In this document: in pieces, positions 19,178 to 28,187 of the stretch
Layout of the letters: each line of letters opens with the position of its first letter
Position numbering within the stretch: position 1 is the first letter of the stretch
DNA from: a bacterium
GTDB lineage: Bacteria > UBA8248
Assembly (NCBI GenBank): GCA_965207065.1
Contig: OZ242260.1
Span: forward strand, 2,976,001-3,040,000
Direction: 5' to 3'
DNA length: 64,000 nt
Notes under the pieces: generated by a model
What the model saw: the letters and a program-made list of their open reading frames with translations, nothing else
What the model was told of the DNA's origin: nothing
Database searches by the model: none
Made by a program: the position numbers and the translations under genes

Positions 19178-20307
19178 TGGACCTCGCGCTTCGCATCGGC
19201 GTTCCGGTCGTCGCCCTGATAGGGGTGACGTTCTGGCTGTTGCCGGTGTCGGCGGCGGTGGAATTGCTCGGCATCCTCGCCTTGCTGCCGTTCATCGTAT
19301 GGGTTTTGTCCAGACTGCCCGACCGGGTGAAGCTCGGCCTCCAGCCGTTTTTCGGCGTCCGGTACGCCGCCCCCGTGATTTTCGCCGTGGGTTTAAGCCT
19401 GCCGTTCTGGGCAGGGGATTTCGAGCTCAGGTTCTACAGCGAGATGCTCATCCTGGGCCTGCTGGCGATGAGCCTCGACGTGATGATGGGTTTCGTGGGG
19501 CTCGCCAGTTTCGCGCACGCGGCGCTTGCGGGCGTCGGGGCCTACGGCGCCGCGATCATGCTGACCAGATTCGGATGGACCCCCTGGGCGGCGATAGGGT
19601 TCGCCGTCGTCCTGGGAACGGCGCTCACGACCTGCATGGGCGCGTTTTCCGTGCGCGTGCGCGACATCTACTTCGGCATCATCACGCTGGTGTTCGGCAG
19701 CGTGGCGTTCATCGTCGCGAACTCGTGGGTCTCGGTGACCAACGGCGAGGACGGCATGACGATAGACCTGCCCACGCTCGGGTTTTTCGGGCTGTTCGGG
19801 GTCGAAACCGGGGAGTTTTCGCACTTCTGGTACCTGACGTTCGGCGTGGTGTTCTTATCCTATCTTTCCCTGCGGGCTTTTCTCCGCTCGCCGGTCGGTC
19901 TCGTGTTCATGGGCATTCGCGAGAACGAGCGGCGCGCCGCCTACCTCGGCTACAACGTGAACGCCTACAAGATATTCAACACGGCGGTTTCGGGGTTCTT
20001 CACTTCGGTGGCGGGGGTGCTGGTGCTTCTGAAAAACGGCATCATCGGCACGGAGCAGATGGACGTGATCCATTCGGGGGAAATCGTCATCTGGTCGGTC
20101 GTGGGCGGGCTCGGAACGCTCATCGGCCCCTTCGTCGGGGCGAGTTTCGTCCATTACCTGAACGATTTTCTGGGCGAATACACCGAGCGGGCGATCCTGG
20201 TCATCGGCCTGTTCTTCATCATCACGATTTTGCTGGCCCCCAGGGGCATCGTCGGCTCGATCATCGAGGTGTGGCGGGTGCAGCCAGGGGCCGGGAGCGA
20301 GGAGTAA
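19174..20307 (+). CDS. livM: ABC permease (LivM-like), module 3
   Basis: GLASFAHAA, TNGEDG, IRENERRA, VGGLGTLIGP and APRGI motifs. Confidence 0.9.
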   Translation: MMDLALRIGVPVVALIGVTFWLLPVSAAVELLGILALLPFIVWVLSRLPDRVKLGLQPFFGVRYAAPVIFAVGLSLPFWAGDFELRFYSEMLILGLLAMSLDVMMGFVGLASFAHAALAGVGAYGAAIMLTRFGWTPWAAIGFAVVLGTALTTCMGAFSVRVRDIYFGIITLVFGSVAFIVANSWVSVTNGEDGMTIDLPTLGFFGLFGVETGEFSHFWYLTFGVVFLSYLSLRAFLRSPVGLVFMGIRENERRAAYLGYNVNAYKIFNTAVSGFFTSVAGVLVLLKNGIIGTEQMDVIHSGEIVIWSVVGGLGTLIGPFVGASFVHYLNDFLGEYTERAILVIGLFFIITILLAPRGIVGSIIEVWRVQPGAGSEE

Positions 20308-20364
20308 AAACCCTTCCTGAGCGGTGTTGTTGAAAAGGTCCTTTTCAGGGGTAGAGGAGGGGCC

Positions 20365-20465
20365 CCTCTCGAATGGAAAAGCAACCCCCCTGTCCCCCCT
20401 TGTCAGGGGGGTAAAGGCGATGCCCCCGATGAGAAGGTGGAAGAAAAGCCCCTAGATGCGGGAAA
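20365..20465. repeat. Dispersed palindromic repeat, copy B
   Basis: AAAGCAACCCCCCTGTCCCCCCTTGTCAGGGGGGTAAAGGCGATG...TGGAAGAAAAGCCCCTAGATGCGG matches 14403-14520. Confidence 0.8.
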
Positions 20466-20470
20466 ACACT

Positions 20471-20496
20471 GTCATTCCGGCGAAAGCCGGAATCCA
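20471..20496. repeat. GTCATTCC-type REP-like hairpin
   Basis: ATTCCGGC-GAAA-GCCGGAAT; its tail GGAATCCATTT is mirrored by AAATGGATTCC at 20678-20688. Confidence 0.7.
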
Positions 20497-20941
20497 TTTT
20501 ATGATTTTGCTTTCGTTTTCGCATTTGATTCCGACTCGCGGGAGGTCAAACACGACCGAGGAGGGAGCGTTTGCCGCCCCTGGATCCGGAACGGATGAGG
20601 CGGATATGTGAGGCGGCGTTCGTATCCTCCTCGCCGGGAGCGAGAACGTCCGGGCGAAAGGCCAAAGACAAAGGCGAAAATGGATTCCGTCGAACCCTCA
20701 ATCATCAATCGGGTTCGACCTCCCGCATCGGTCGGCTCCGACACCAGAATGACGAGCAAAGGCGGTGGTCAATTCCGATCGGGGAGGACTTTTTCAACAA
20801 CCCCGTATTTGACCGGGTTCACACGCTCAACTCCGTGACAATGCGCCTGCTCCGGCTATCTGGGTGGCGGGAAAAGTTGTATATTCAGTTATCCGAAAAT
20901 TGAGGGATATGGAACCGGCTCTCTTACAAAAGGAGATGGAT

Positions 20942-22063
20942 ATGAAACGAAACCTGAAAACCTGTTTTTTCCTCATTCCTCTCGTCATGATCCTGGCGGC
21001 GGCTTTCGTTGCGCCCGCCTTCGGCGCGACCCCGATTTCGCCCCAGGAGAAAAAGCTGATTCCGCTCGCAAAGAAGGAAGGAGCTGTCACCTTCCTCCAA
21101 ACCTCCTTCAATAACCCGACAATCCGGCGCATACGCGCAGCCTTCACCAAGCATTATGGCTTGGGAAGCGGCTTCAAGCTGAACTCCATCCAGAAAGGTA
21201 CGGGGCCCACCGTGTCCCAGGCACGTCAGGAGATACGGGCGAACAAGTTCAGTTTCGACGCGGTCGCCGTCGCCTCTGCTGGCTTCTTCATCGGCGCCGC
21301 CAGGGCGGGGGCTTTCCTACCCCTGGACAGCGGCCAGTTGAAGAACCACGAGGAAAACGCAAAAGCGCGCGGGGTTTTCTATGATTACCCCCATTTTATC
21401 GCCCCTTTCTCATACACCTTTCAGCCCGTCTGGAACTCGGGGTGCCCCGGCGTAGAGGATTTGAAGGTCAACTCCTACAGTGACATCCTGGACAACCCCA
21501 AGCTGAAAGGGAAAGTTATCGCCAGCGACGTCACCAAGAGCACCTCCTACTCCCTCACGACCATCGGCCTGATGGAGAACGGATTCGACGTGCACGGGAT
21601 GTGGAAGAAGCTCAAGGCTCTCGACCCGCTCGTGGGTTTCCGCACCTCGGCGAAGCTGCAGTTGATGGCGAACTGCGAAGGCGCCGTAGACATGTGGAAC
21701 CTCACCGGCCGGATGATCCAGATAATCCGCAAGAAGCCGGACCTCGCCAAGGTCCTGCGGTGGGGCACCTACAAGGAAGGCCAGGTTCTCTTCGGCATGC
21801 AGGCGGGCGTCGTCAAGGGCGCGTCGAATCCCAACGCGGGCAAGCTGTTGATGGATTTCCTCCTGACCAAAGAGGCGGTGGACATCGTCGCCGAGGAGGA
21901 AATCAGCTTCTACTCCATGCTCAAAGGCTACAAGCCGCCCGAGTCCGTCAAGAAGTACATGATGGATTTCGACAAAGTAAAAACCCTCCCCATCAAGGAT
22001 CAAACTGCTGCGGCGAAGAAGTTCAAGAAAATGCGCAGAGAGTGGCAGCAGGTATTCCGTTAA
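20942..22063 (+). CDS. ABC substrate-binding protein (AfuA/FbpA-like cluster)
   Basis: Signal peptide; AKKEGAV, LKGKV and ASNPNAGKLLMDFLLTKE motifs; AAGGAG RBS. Confidence 0.85.
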   Translation: MKRNLKTCFFLIPLVMILAAAFVAPAFGATPISPQEKKLIPLAKKEGAVTFLQTSFNNPTIRRIRAAFTKHYGLGSGFKLNSIQKGTGPTVSQARQEIRANKFSFDAVAVASAGFFIGAARAGAFLPLDSGQLKNHEENAKARGVFYDYPHFIAPFSYTFQPVWNSGCPGVEDLKVNSYSDILDNPKLKGKVIASDVTKSTSYSLTTIGLMENGFDVHGMWKKLKALDPLVGFRTSAKLQLMANCEGAVDMWNLTGRMIQIIRKKPDLAKVLRWGTYKEGQVLFGMQAGVVKGASNPNAGKLLMDFLLTKEAVDIVAEEEISFYSMLKGYKPPESVKKYMMDFDKVKTLPIKDQTAAAKKFKKMRREWQQVFR

Positions 22064-22089
22064 TCGCTAGCGGCATGCCCCGGCTCCGG

Positions 22090-22120
22090 GGCCGGGAGAC
22101 GAGGCAGTCGTCTCCCGGCC
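22090..22120 (+). other. Intercistronic stem-loop (13-bp perfect stem) after the binding-protein gene
   Basis: GGCCGGGAGACGA-GGCAG-TCGTCTCCCGGCC. Confidence 0.7.
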
Positions 22121-22147
22121 TCTGAACCACTTGATCGAGGGGAGAAC

Positions 22148-23896
22148 ATGGCTGGCATATCCGGTTCGGAGGCCGTTCCCAGGAACTACCTGAGCCACCT
22201 TCGGAACTTGTTTCAGGCTGAAAATCTGACCACCGCCATCGTCAGCATAATCGTCACGGTCTTGGTGGTGACCCCCCTGATCGCCCTGGTGGTGGGAAGC
22301 TTCCTCGTACTGGACGATCTGGGCTTCGGCGCGGAGTGGGGCCTCGAGAACTACCGGGAGATGTTCCAGGATCCCGTCATCCGCAGAGCCTTCTTCAACA
22401 CCCTCTTCGTGAGTACGGGCGCCACTCTGCTGGCCACCTTCATGGGCGTATCTCTCGCCTGGATCAACGCCCGGACGAATTGCCCCCTGCGGGACAGGCT
22501 CGAGCCGATGAACCTGATCCCTTTCTTTCTCAGCCCTTTCGTCGGGGCGATCGCCTGGCACAATCTCGCCTCGCCCAAGGTCGGGATGCTGAACAATCTG
22601 GCGCGCGACCTGTTCGGGATAGAGGGCGCCCTCCTGAACGTGAACAATCTGTTCGGGATCATCTGGGTGACGGGGATATTCTTTACGCCTCTCATCTATC
22701 TCTTCGTCGTGGGTTCGCTCAGGCGCATGGATCCCTCCCTCGAAGACAGCGCGCGCGTGACCGGGGCGGGTTTGCTCCGCACCACCCTGACCGTCTCCTT
22801 GCCGCTCGTAGCGCCTGGCATCCTTTCGGGCGCCATCATCGTCTTCGTCACGAGCGCAGGGGAATTCGGCGTGCCCTTCAAGCTGGGCGCGCCCTACGGC
22901 TGGGAAACCCTGACCACCCAGATATTCACCAAGGCCGTGGGTGATCAGGCGAACACCTATATGGGCTCGGCCATGAGCATGGTCCTCGGCGTTATCACGG
23001 CCATCTTCATCTGGGTGCAGCGGCGCATCATCGCGCCCCGGGAGTTCACCACCGTGACCGGCAAAGGCTTCCGGCCCAACCTCATCGACCTGGGCCGGTG
23101 GAAGTGGGCAGCCTTCGGCTACAACGTCTTCTACATTTTCGTCACCGTCGTACTGCCCATCTTCAGCATTCTCGTGGTGAGCCTCCACAACGTATGGGTG
23201 GGGAAGATCATACCGGCGGATTTCACTTCACTGAATTACGAGCGAATCCTTTTCTTCTGGACGCCAAATGTGATTCAGCCGGCGACGAACGGCATTTTGA
23301 ACAGCTTCATCCTCGCCATATCGGGTTCTACGATCGCGATGATCCTAGCCGTCATTCTTTCCTTCCAGATTCATCGCCGCCGGGGCAGGTTTGGCGGTCT
23401 GCTCGATTTCCTGTGCGCCGTGCCCGTGGGCTTTCCGGGCATCGTGCTCGGGATGGGAATACTCATCGTCTACATCAAGACGCCCATCTACGGCACCCTC
23501 TGGATACTCCTCCTCGGCTACGTCACCCGGTTCTTCCCTTACGGACAGCGTAACGTGGCCTCCGTCATGCTCGCCGTCTCGGAAGAACTCGAACAGAGCT
23601 CCCGGCTCGTCGGCGCCTCCTGGGCGACGACGCTCAGGCGCATCACCATCCCGCTTCTCAAGCCGGGCATTTTCGCCGGCTGGCTCCTCATGTTCCTGAT
23701 CTTCATCCGAGAACTCTCCATCTCCATCATCCTGTTCACAGCGGGTACGGAGACCCTCTCCACCGGCATCTACTACCTCCAGGAGTACGAGACGGAATCG
23801 CTCACCTGCACCCTCTCCGTCATCCAGACTTTCGTCCTCCTTGCCTGTGTCCTCCTGTTTCGTAAGATAGTGGGCAGGGAGGCGCTCGTAGCCTGA
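22148..23896 (+). CDS. Fused ABC permease (FbpB/AfuB-like)
   Basis: Two EAA-like loops (LEDSARVTGA, LEQSSRLVGA); FTTVTGKGFRP linker. Confidence 0.9.
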   Translation: MAGISGSEAVPRNYLSHLRNLFQAENLTTAIVSIIVTVLVVTPLIALVVGSFLVLDDLGFGAEWGLENYREMFQDPVIRRAFFNTLFVSTGATLLATFMGVSLAWINARTNCPLRDRLEPMNLIPFFLSPFVGAIAWHNLASPKVGMLNNLARDLFGIEGALLNVNNLFGIIWVTGIFFTPLIYLFVVGSLRRMDPSLEDSARVTGAGLLRTTLTVSLPLVAPGILSGAIIVFVTSAGEFGVPFKLGAPYGWETLTTQIFTKAVGDQANTYMGSAMSMVLGVITAIFIWVQRRIIAPREFTTVTGKGFRPNLIDLGRWKWAAFGYNVFYIFVTVVLPIFSILVVSLHNVWVGKIIPADFTSLNYERILFFWTPNVIQPATNGILNSFILAISGSTIAMILAVILSFQIHRRRGRFGGLLDFLCAVPVGFPGIVLGMGILIVYIKTPIYGTLWILLLGYVTRFFPYGQRNVASVMLAVSEELEQSSRLVGASWATTLRRITIPLLKPGIFAGWLLMFLIFIRELSISIILFTAGTETLSTGIYYLQEYETESLTCTLSVIQTFVLLACVLLFRKIVGREALVA

Positions 23897-23984
23897 TCCG
23901 TCGCCGTACGGCCCGATATCGTTTTTTCGACATGTCCAGTTTCGGCGCTTTTTGCGTCGATGGAGCATATGAAGGAGGTTCGTC

Positions 23985-24872
23985 ATGACCGCGCAGACCA
24001 TCGCCATCATCAGTCCGGGGGAATTGGGGAGCGCCGTAGGCGGCGTTTTGAAGGAAAACGGATTCGCCGCCGTAGCCTGCCTTTCGGGACGCAGCGCGCT
24101 CACGCGCGAGCGGGCCCTGGCGGCGGGGTTCCGGGAGGTTCCGACCATGGGAGCGCTATTGGAAGAGGCGGACCTGGTGCTCTCCATCATGCCGCCCGCC
24201 TGCGCGGTGGACGCGGCCAGAGAGATAGCAGCGGCCATGAAAGCCACCGGCCATCGTCCGGTTTATGTCGATTGCAACGCCATATCGCCCGATTCCACCC
24301 GCCAGGCCGGGAAAATCATCACGGATGCGGGAGGGGTTTATATCGACGGCGGGATCATCGTCGGTCCGCCGCCCTGGGAGGAGAGGGTCCCTGTTTTCTA
24401 CGTGAGCGGCGAATGCACCGACCCGATGACCGCACTGGACGGAAAGGGTATTTCCGTGCGCGTGGTCGGGAGCGAGATCGGCCGCGCATCGGGCCTCAAG
24501 ATGTGCTCCGCAGCGCTCAGAAAGGGAACCCTCGCGCTGCAGACCGCCGTTCTCATCGCCGCCGAGGCGATGGGGCTGGGCGAGGAATTTGAAAAGGAGA
24601 TGCTCGGCAGCCGCGAGGCCCTCTACCGACAGATGGAATCGGGAACGCGGCGCCTCCCCTCCGTGGCGGCGAGGTACATCGGCGAGATGGAGGAGATAGC
24701 CGCGGCGTTCTCCTCCGTCGGCGTCACGCCGAAGTTTCATCAGGGCGCCCATGATGTCTACCGGCTCCTCTCCGGGACGCCGTACGCCACCGAGACCCCG
24801 GACACGATAGACGGCGGACGCTCGCTGAAAGAAGCGGCGCGGACCTATGTGAATCACCTGCCGATGGAATGA
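23985..24872 (+). CDS. NAD(P)-dependent oxidoreductase, beta-hydroxyacid dehydrogenase-like (DUF1932 type)
   Basis: IISPGELGSAVG, YVDCNAISP, ASGLKMC and RYIGEMEEIA motifs; AAGGAGG RBS. Confidence 0.85.
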   Translation: MTAQTIAIISPGELGSAVGGVLKENGFAAVACLSGRSALTRERALAAGFREVPTMGALLEEADLVLSIMPPACAVDAAREIAAAMKATGHRPVYVDCNAISPDSTRQAGKIITDAGGVYIDGGIIVGPPPWEERVPVFYVSGECTDPMTALDGKGISVRVVGSEIGRASGLKMCSAALRKGTLALQTAVLIAAEAMGLGEEFEKEMLGSREALYRQMESGTRRLPSVAARYIGEMEEIAAAFSSVGVTPKFHQGAHDVYRLLSGTPYATETPDTIDGGRSLKEAARTYVNHLPME

Positions 24873-24991
24873 TAGAGCTGAGTTCGGCGCATCAGGATTA
24901 TCCCTGTCGGCGCCTCGCGTATCGAAAGCGCATCCTTTGCCGATTGCTCGCGTCAAACCCTCTCCCCCTGCGGGTCAATACGTCCCGGACT

Positions 24992-25340
24992 GGGGCTGTT
25001 GAAAAAGCCCTCCTCGCTCGGAATTGACCACCGTCGGCGAGGTAGCGCACTTCGCCCTTGAACAAAATTGCCAACCAACGAGAGAGAAGCGAATCACTCC
25101 CCCCTTGAGGGGGAGTCGAAGAGGCCGAGCGGTTTGTGCGAAGGCCGATTCGGTGGGGGGACATGCCACGGATAAAATCTCCCCCCACCAACTCGCCTGC
25201 GGGCTTCGCCCTTGTCTCGTTGACTCCCCCTCAAGGGGGGAGTGGTTGGTTGGCGTTCTACAAGGGTGGAATGAAGTCACCTCTCTCCTGGGCCGGCTCC
25301 ATACGCCGAATCACGAAATCAGGGGTTTTTCAACAACCCC
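24992..25340. mobile_element. MITE-like element with TIRs enclosing a long palindrome
   Basis: Ends GGGGCTGTTGAAAAA and TTTTTCAACAACCCC. Internal perfect 23-bp IR at 25095-25117/25222-25244 and 10-bp IR at 25070-25079/25245-25254. Confidence 0.75.
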
Positions 25341-25381
25341 TTGTCAGGGGGTATAAAAAGGCGATGCATTCCCGCCGGGCA

Positions 25382-25495
25382 GGGGCTGTTGAAAAACCCG
25401 TTTCGAATCCGGGCGTATCTATTACCTACCGGGGAGTGAACTTCAAGACCCTCGAGGGATCAAACCCAACCTTTTCGGGGTTTTTCATCAACCCC
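25382..25495. mobile_element. Short MITE-like element of the same TIR family
   Basis: GGGGCTGTTGAAAAACCC ... GGGTTTTTCATCAACCCC. Confidence 0.65.
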
Positions 25496-25565
25496 GGATG
25501 GGTCGGAATCGAGTCGCGCATTTGCCCGCATTTGCGAGGAAGGGGATTTACGGACGTGCGCGTAT

Positions 25566-25761
25566 CGTACGGCTCCCTCTCCTCGTGCGGGAGGGAGCGC
25601 GCCGTGAGCGTGCCCGGTTATCCGGCGCGCGGGAGACGCGAATCGCAGGCGCCTGGTTTCGAGAGGGCTTTTGGGCGGTGTGGTTGCCGCCCCGGGATTC
25701 GCGTCCGGCCCGACCATTGCTCGGGCGGCGTCCGGTGAGCCGGGCGGGCGATGGCCGTGCG
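25566..25761 (+). ncRNA. Candidate multibranched structured RNA or structured repeat of unknown class
   Basis: At least six nested helices, including a perfect 10-bp GACGCGAATC/GATTCGCGTC; non-canonical pairs are G-U on the + strand; no convincing ORF. Confidence 0.35.
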
Positions 25762-25799
25762 CGCGAAGACCTCGAATACCTGAATAATTCAATAAAATA

Positions 25800-25837
25800 A
25801 GATAAATTCACGGGGTTTTTAGATAAATTCACGGGGT
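25800..25837. promoter_or_regulatory. 17-bp direct repeat (AGATAAATTCACGGGGT x2, 21-bp period), putative regulator site
   Basis: Exact copies at 25800-25816 and 25821-25837 in an AT-rich region upstream of the SDR pair. Confidence 0.55.
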
Positions 25838-26046
25838 ATTTCCGAAAATTAATGCGCCCCTGTCAGTACTCGAAACGAAATCATCTATCCGGCGCAAGTC
25901 GTTGTTATATATAGGTAAATGAAATATCATCCTGGACCGTAAGCGCAGGGCTGGTCGGATGGGCCTCTCTCGCGTAGAATGCGGTGCACGGAGCCAGGGA
26001 CGAGCCGTAACCTGTTGAATAATCACTCTTTGGAGGATCGCGCGCC

Positions 26047-26847
26047 ATGCTCGAGGGCAAGAAGGTCATCGTCACGGGAGGGGGAAGCGGCATCGGCCGC
26101 GCCACGTGCGTCCTCGCCGCCAGCGAGGGGGCGGACGTCGCCGTGGCCGACATCAACCCCGAAACCGCCGCCGAGACGGTCTATATGGTGGAAAAACAAG
26201 GCGCTAAGGCTATCCTCATCGAGATGGATACGGCGAAAAAAGCGGACGCCGAGCGCATGACGGCCGAGGCCGTAGACGCTTTCGGGACAATAGACGGCCT
26301 CGTCTGCTGCGCGATAAAGCTCGTGCCCGGAAAGCTGGAGGAATTGCCAGAAGCCGACTGGGACATGGTGATGGACATCGGGCTCAAGGGCTATTTTCTC
26401 TGCGCCCAGGCGGCGGGACGGGTGATGCTGGAGAAGGGAAGCGGCTCCCTCGTCTTCGTCTCCTCCATCGGCGGCATGCAGACCTACCCCCTCGCGGGCG
26501 CTTACAGCGTATGCAAGGCAGGGGCGATCATGCTCAGCAAGCTCTTCGGCGTGGAATGGGGCGATCGCGGCGTTCGCGCGAACACCGTCTCGCCCGGCCA
26601 GGTGCGCACCCCGATGACCGAGGCCATGTTCCAGGACCCGGAAATCGCGGCGGGGCGCGCCTCCGTCGTGCCGATGGGCCGCGTGGCGAGCCCTGAGGAC
26701 ATCGCGGAGGGATGCGTGTTCCTCCTCTCGGACCGGGCGAGATACATCACGGCAGCGAACCTGCCCATCGACGGCGGGCAGGTGGAGAGCAAGATGATTC
26801 ATACGCCCGGACGTAACTGGGGCGGCAGGAAAATCGAGTATAAATGA
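26047..26847 (+). CDS. Short-chain dehydrogenase/reductase
   Basis: TGGGSGIG, YSVCK, VRANTVSPG and IDGG motifs. Confidence 0.92.
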   Translation: MLEGKKVIVTGGGSGIGRATCVLAASEGADVAVADINPETAAETVYMVEKQGAKAILIEMDTAKKADAERMTAEAVDAFGTIDGLVCCAIKLVPGKLEELPEADWDMVMDIGLKGYFLCAQAAGRVMLEKGSGSLVFVSSIGGMQTYPLAGAYSVCKAGAIMLSKLFGVEWGDRGVRANTVSPGQVRTPMTEAMFQDPEIAAGRASVVPMGRVASPEDIAEGCVFLLSDRARYITAANLPIDGGQVESKMIHTPGRNWGGRKIEYK

Positions 26848-26867
26848 CTTGAGAGAGGAGGTTCCTT

Positions 26868-27647
26868 ATGGGCCGTTTCGATGGAGATGTCTGTATCGTC
26901 GCAGGTGGCGCCCGGGGCATCGGCGCCAAGACGTGTGAAATGTATGTGGAACAAGGCGGCCGGGTGCTCATCGGCGACGTGAACGAGGAACTGGGCGTCG
27001 AGTTGGAAGCCAGTCTCGGCAAGGAGAAGGCGGTATTTCAATCGCTCGACGTGACGGATGAGGCGTCCTGCCAGGCGGCGGTGGAGCGCGCGGTGGGCGA
27101 GTTCGGCGGCCTGAACCACCTCGTGAACTGCGCCATCAAGATGGACCCCGCCCCGCTGGTCGATCTGCCTCTGGCGAGCTGGAAAATGGTGGTGGACATC
27201 GGCCTCACGGGCATGTTTCTGATGTGCCAGGCGGCGGGCCGCTGGCTGATTGAGAACGAGAGGCCGGGCGTCATGGTGAATTTATCCTCGAACGCAGGGG
27301 TCCAGCCTTACGGGATGTCGGGCGCGTACAGCACGGTGAAGGCGGGCATCATCATGCTTTCCAAGCAGCTGGGCATCGAATGGGCGCGCAAGGGTATTCG
27401 TGTGAACGCCGTATGCCCGGGCCACACGGAAACGCCGCTCACCGCCTATCTGCAAGACCCCGAGATCAAAAAAGGCAGAAGCGACGTGACGCCCCTCGGC
27501 CGCGTGGGCCAGCCGGTGGATATCGCGCACGGCATTTTATTCCTGCTTTCCGAGGAATCCGACTGGATCACATCTTCGCGCCTCGACATCGACGGCGGCA
27601 TCCTGAACAGCGTCTACAATCACATGCCGGGCAGGAGATGGGACTGA
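26868..27647 (+). CDS. Short-chain dehydrogenase/reductase (paralog)
   Basis: AGGARGIG, YSTVK, IRVNAVCPG and IDGG motifs. Confidence 0.92.
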   Translation: MGRFDGDVCIVAGGARGIGAKTCEMYVEQGGRVLIGDVNEELGVELEASLGKEKAVFQSLDVTDEASCQAAVERAVGEFGGLNHLVNCAIKMDPAPLVDLPLASWKMVVDIGLTGMFLMCQAAGRWLIENERPGVMVNLSSNAGVQPYGMSGAYSTVKAGIIMLSKQLGIEWARKGIRVNAVCPGHTETPLTAYLQDPEIKKGRSDVTPLGRVGQPVDIAHGILFLLSEESDWITSSRLDIDGGILNSVYNHMPGRRWD

Positions 27648-27724
27648 AAACGGGTGATTGAGAAATTGGGCACGCCCTGCTAGGCTGTTGCCGTAGTTTC
27701 GACCGCCCCTGATGCGAGGCCGCA

Positions 27725-28156
27725 TTGAAGACAACCCCATTCTTGTTTCGCCCCGCTTACTGTCTCTCGGTCGTTGTTGCGGGCGCATTCTTTGCGCTTG
27801 CCTCCGTTTCGTCGACGCACATCGTGCGCGGCGCGGTGGGGGCCTCCGCCATCACCGCCGCCCTCGTTCTACAGCCATCCATTGTGGAAGCCAGGCGTTT
27901 CGGTGGGGGCCGTTCGTTCGGCGGGTTCGGGCGCATGCGCTCCTTCGGCGCGCGTTCGTTTTCGAGACGAGGCTATGGACGGGGCTACAGCCGGGGGTTC
28001 GCTGGCCGGCGCGGACTCGGCGGTTTCGGCATGGGAATGGGTTTGGGAATGCTGGGAGGATGGGGATTCGGCGGGATGGGTCTTTTCGGTCTGGGCCGGA
28101 TGCTGCTCTTTCCCCTCATCCTGATTTTCATTATGCGAATGATGTCACGACGTTAA
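27725..28156 (+). CDS. Gly/Arg/Phe-rich membrane-anchored hypothetical protein
   Basis: EARRFGGGRSFGG..., low-complexity RG/FG region and C-terminal TM helix; start uncertain. Confidence 0.65.
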   Translation: MKTTPFLFRPAYCLSVVVAGAFFALASVSSTHIVRGAVGASAITAALVLQPSIVEARRFGGGRSFGGFGRMRSFGARSFSRRGYGRGYSRGFAGRRGLGGFGMGMGLGMLGGWGFGGMGLFGLGRMLLFPLILIFIMRMMSRR

Positions 28157-28187
28157 AATTTTCCGTCACTGAACAAGGAGTTTCCAG

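Larger units (their letters stand above)
20323..20804. mobile_element. Non-autonomous MITE-like element with imperfect terminal inverted repeats, containing nested palindromic repeats
   Basis: Left end GGTGTTGTTGAAAAGG, right end CTTTTTCAACAACCCC. Positions 20762-20804 are nearly the reverse complement of 24992-25033. No transposase ORF. Confidence 0.7.

Noticed and set aside
14400-25500. Palindromic repeats as a possible CRISPR array
   Set aside because: The copies are dispersed and nested, with no regular repeat-spacer period and no cas genes.
24898-25832. Short ORFs across the 25 kb intergenic region
   Set aside because: They are translations of palindromic repeats on both strands, without RBS or protein motifs.
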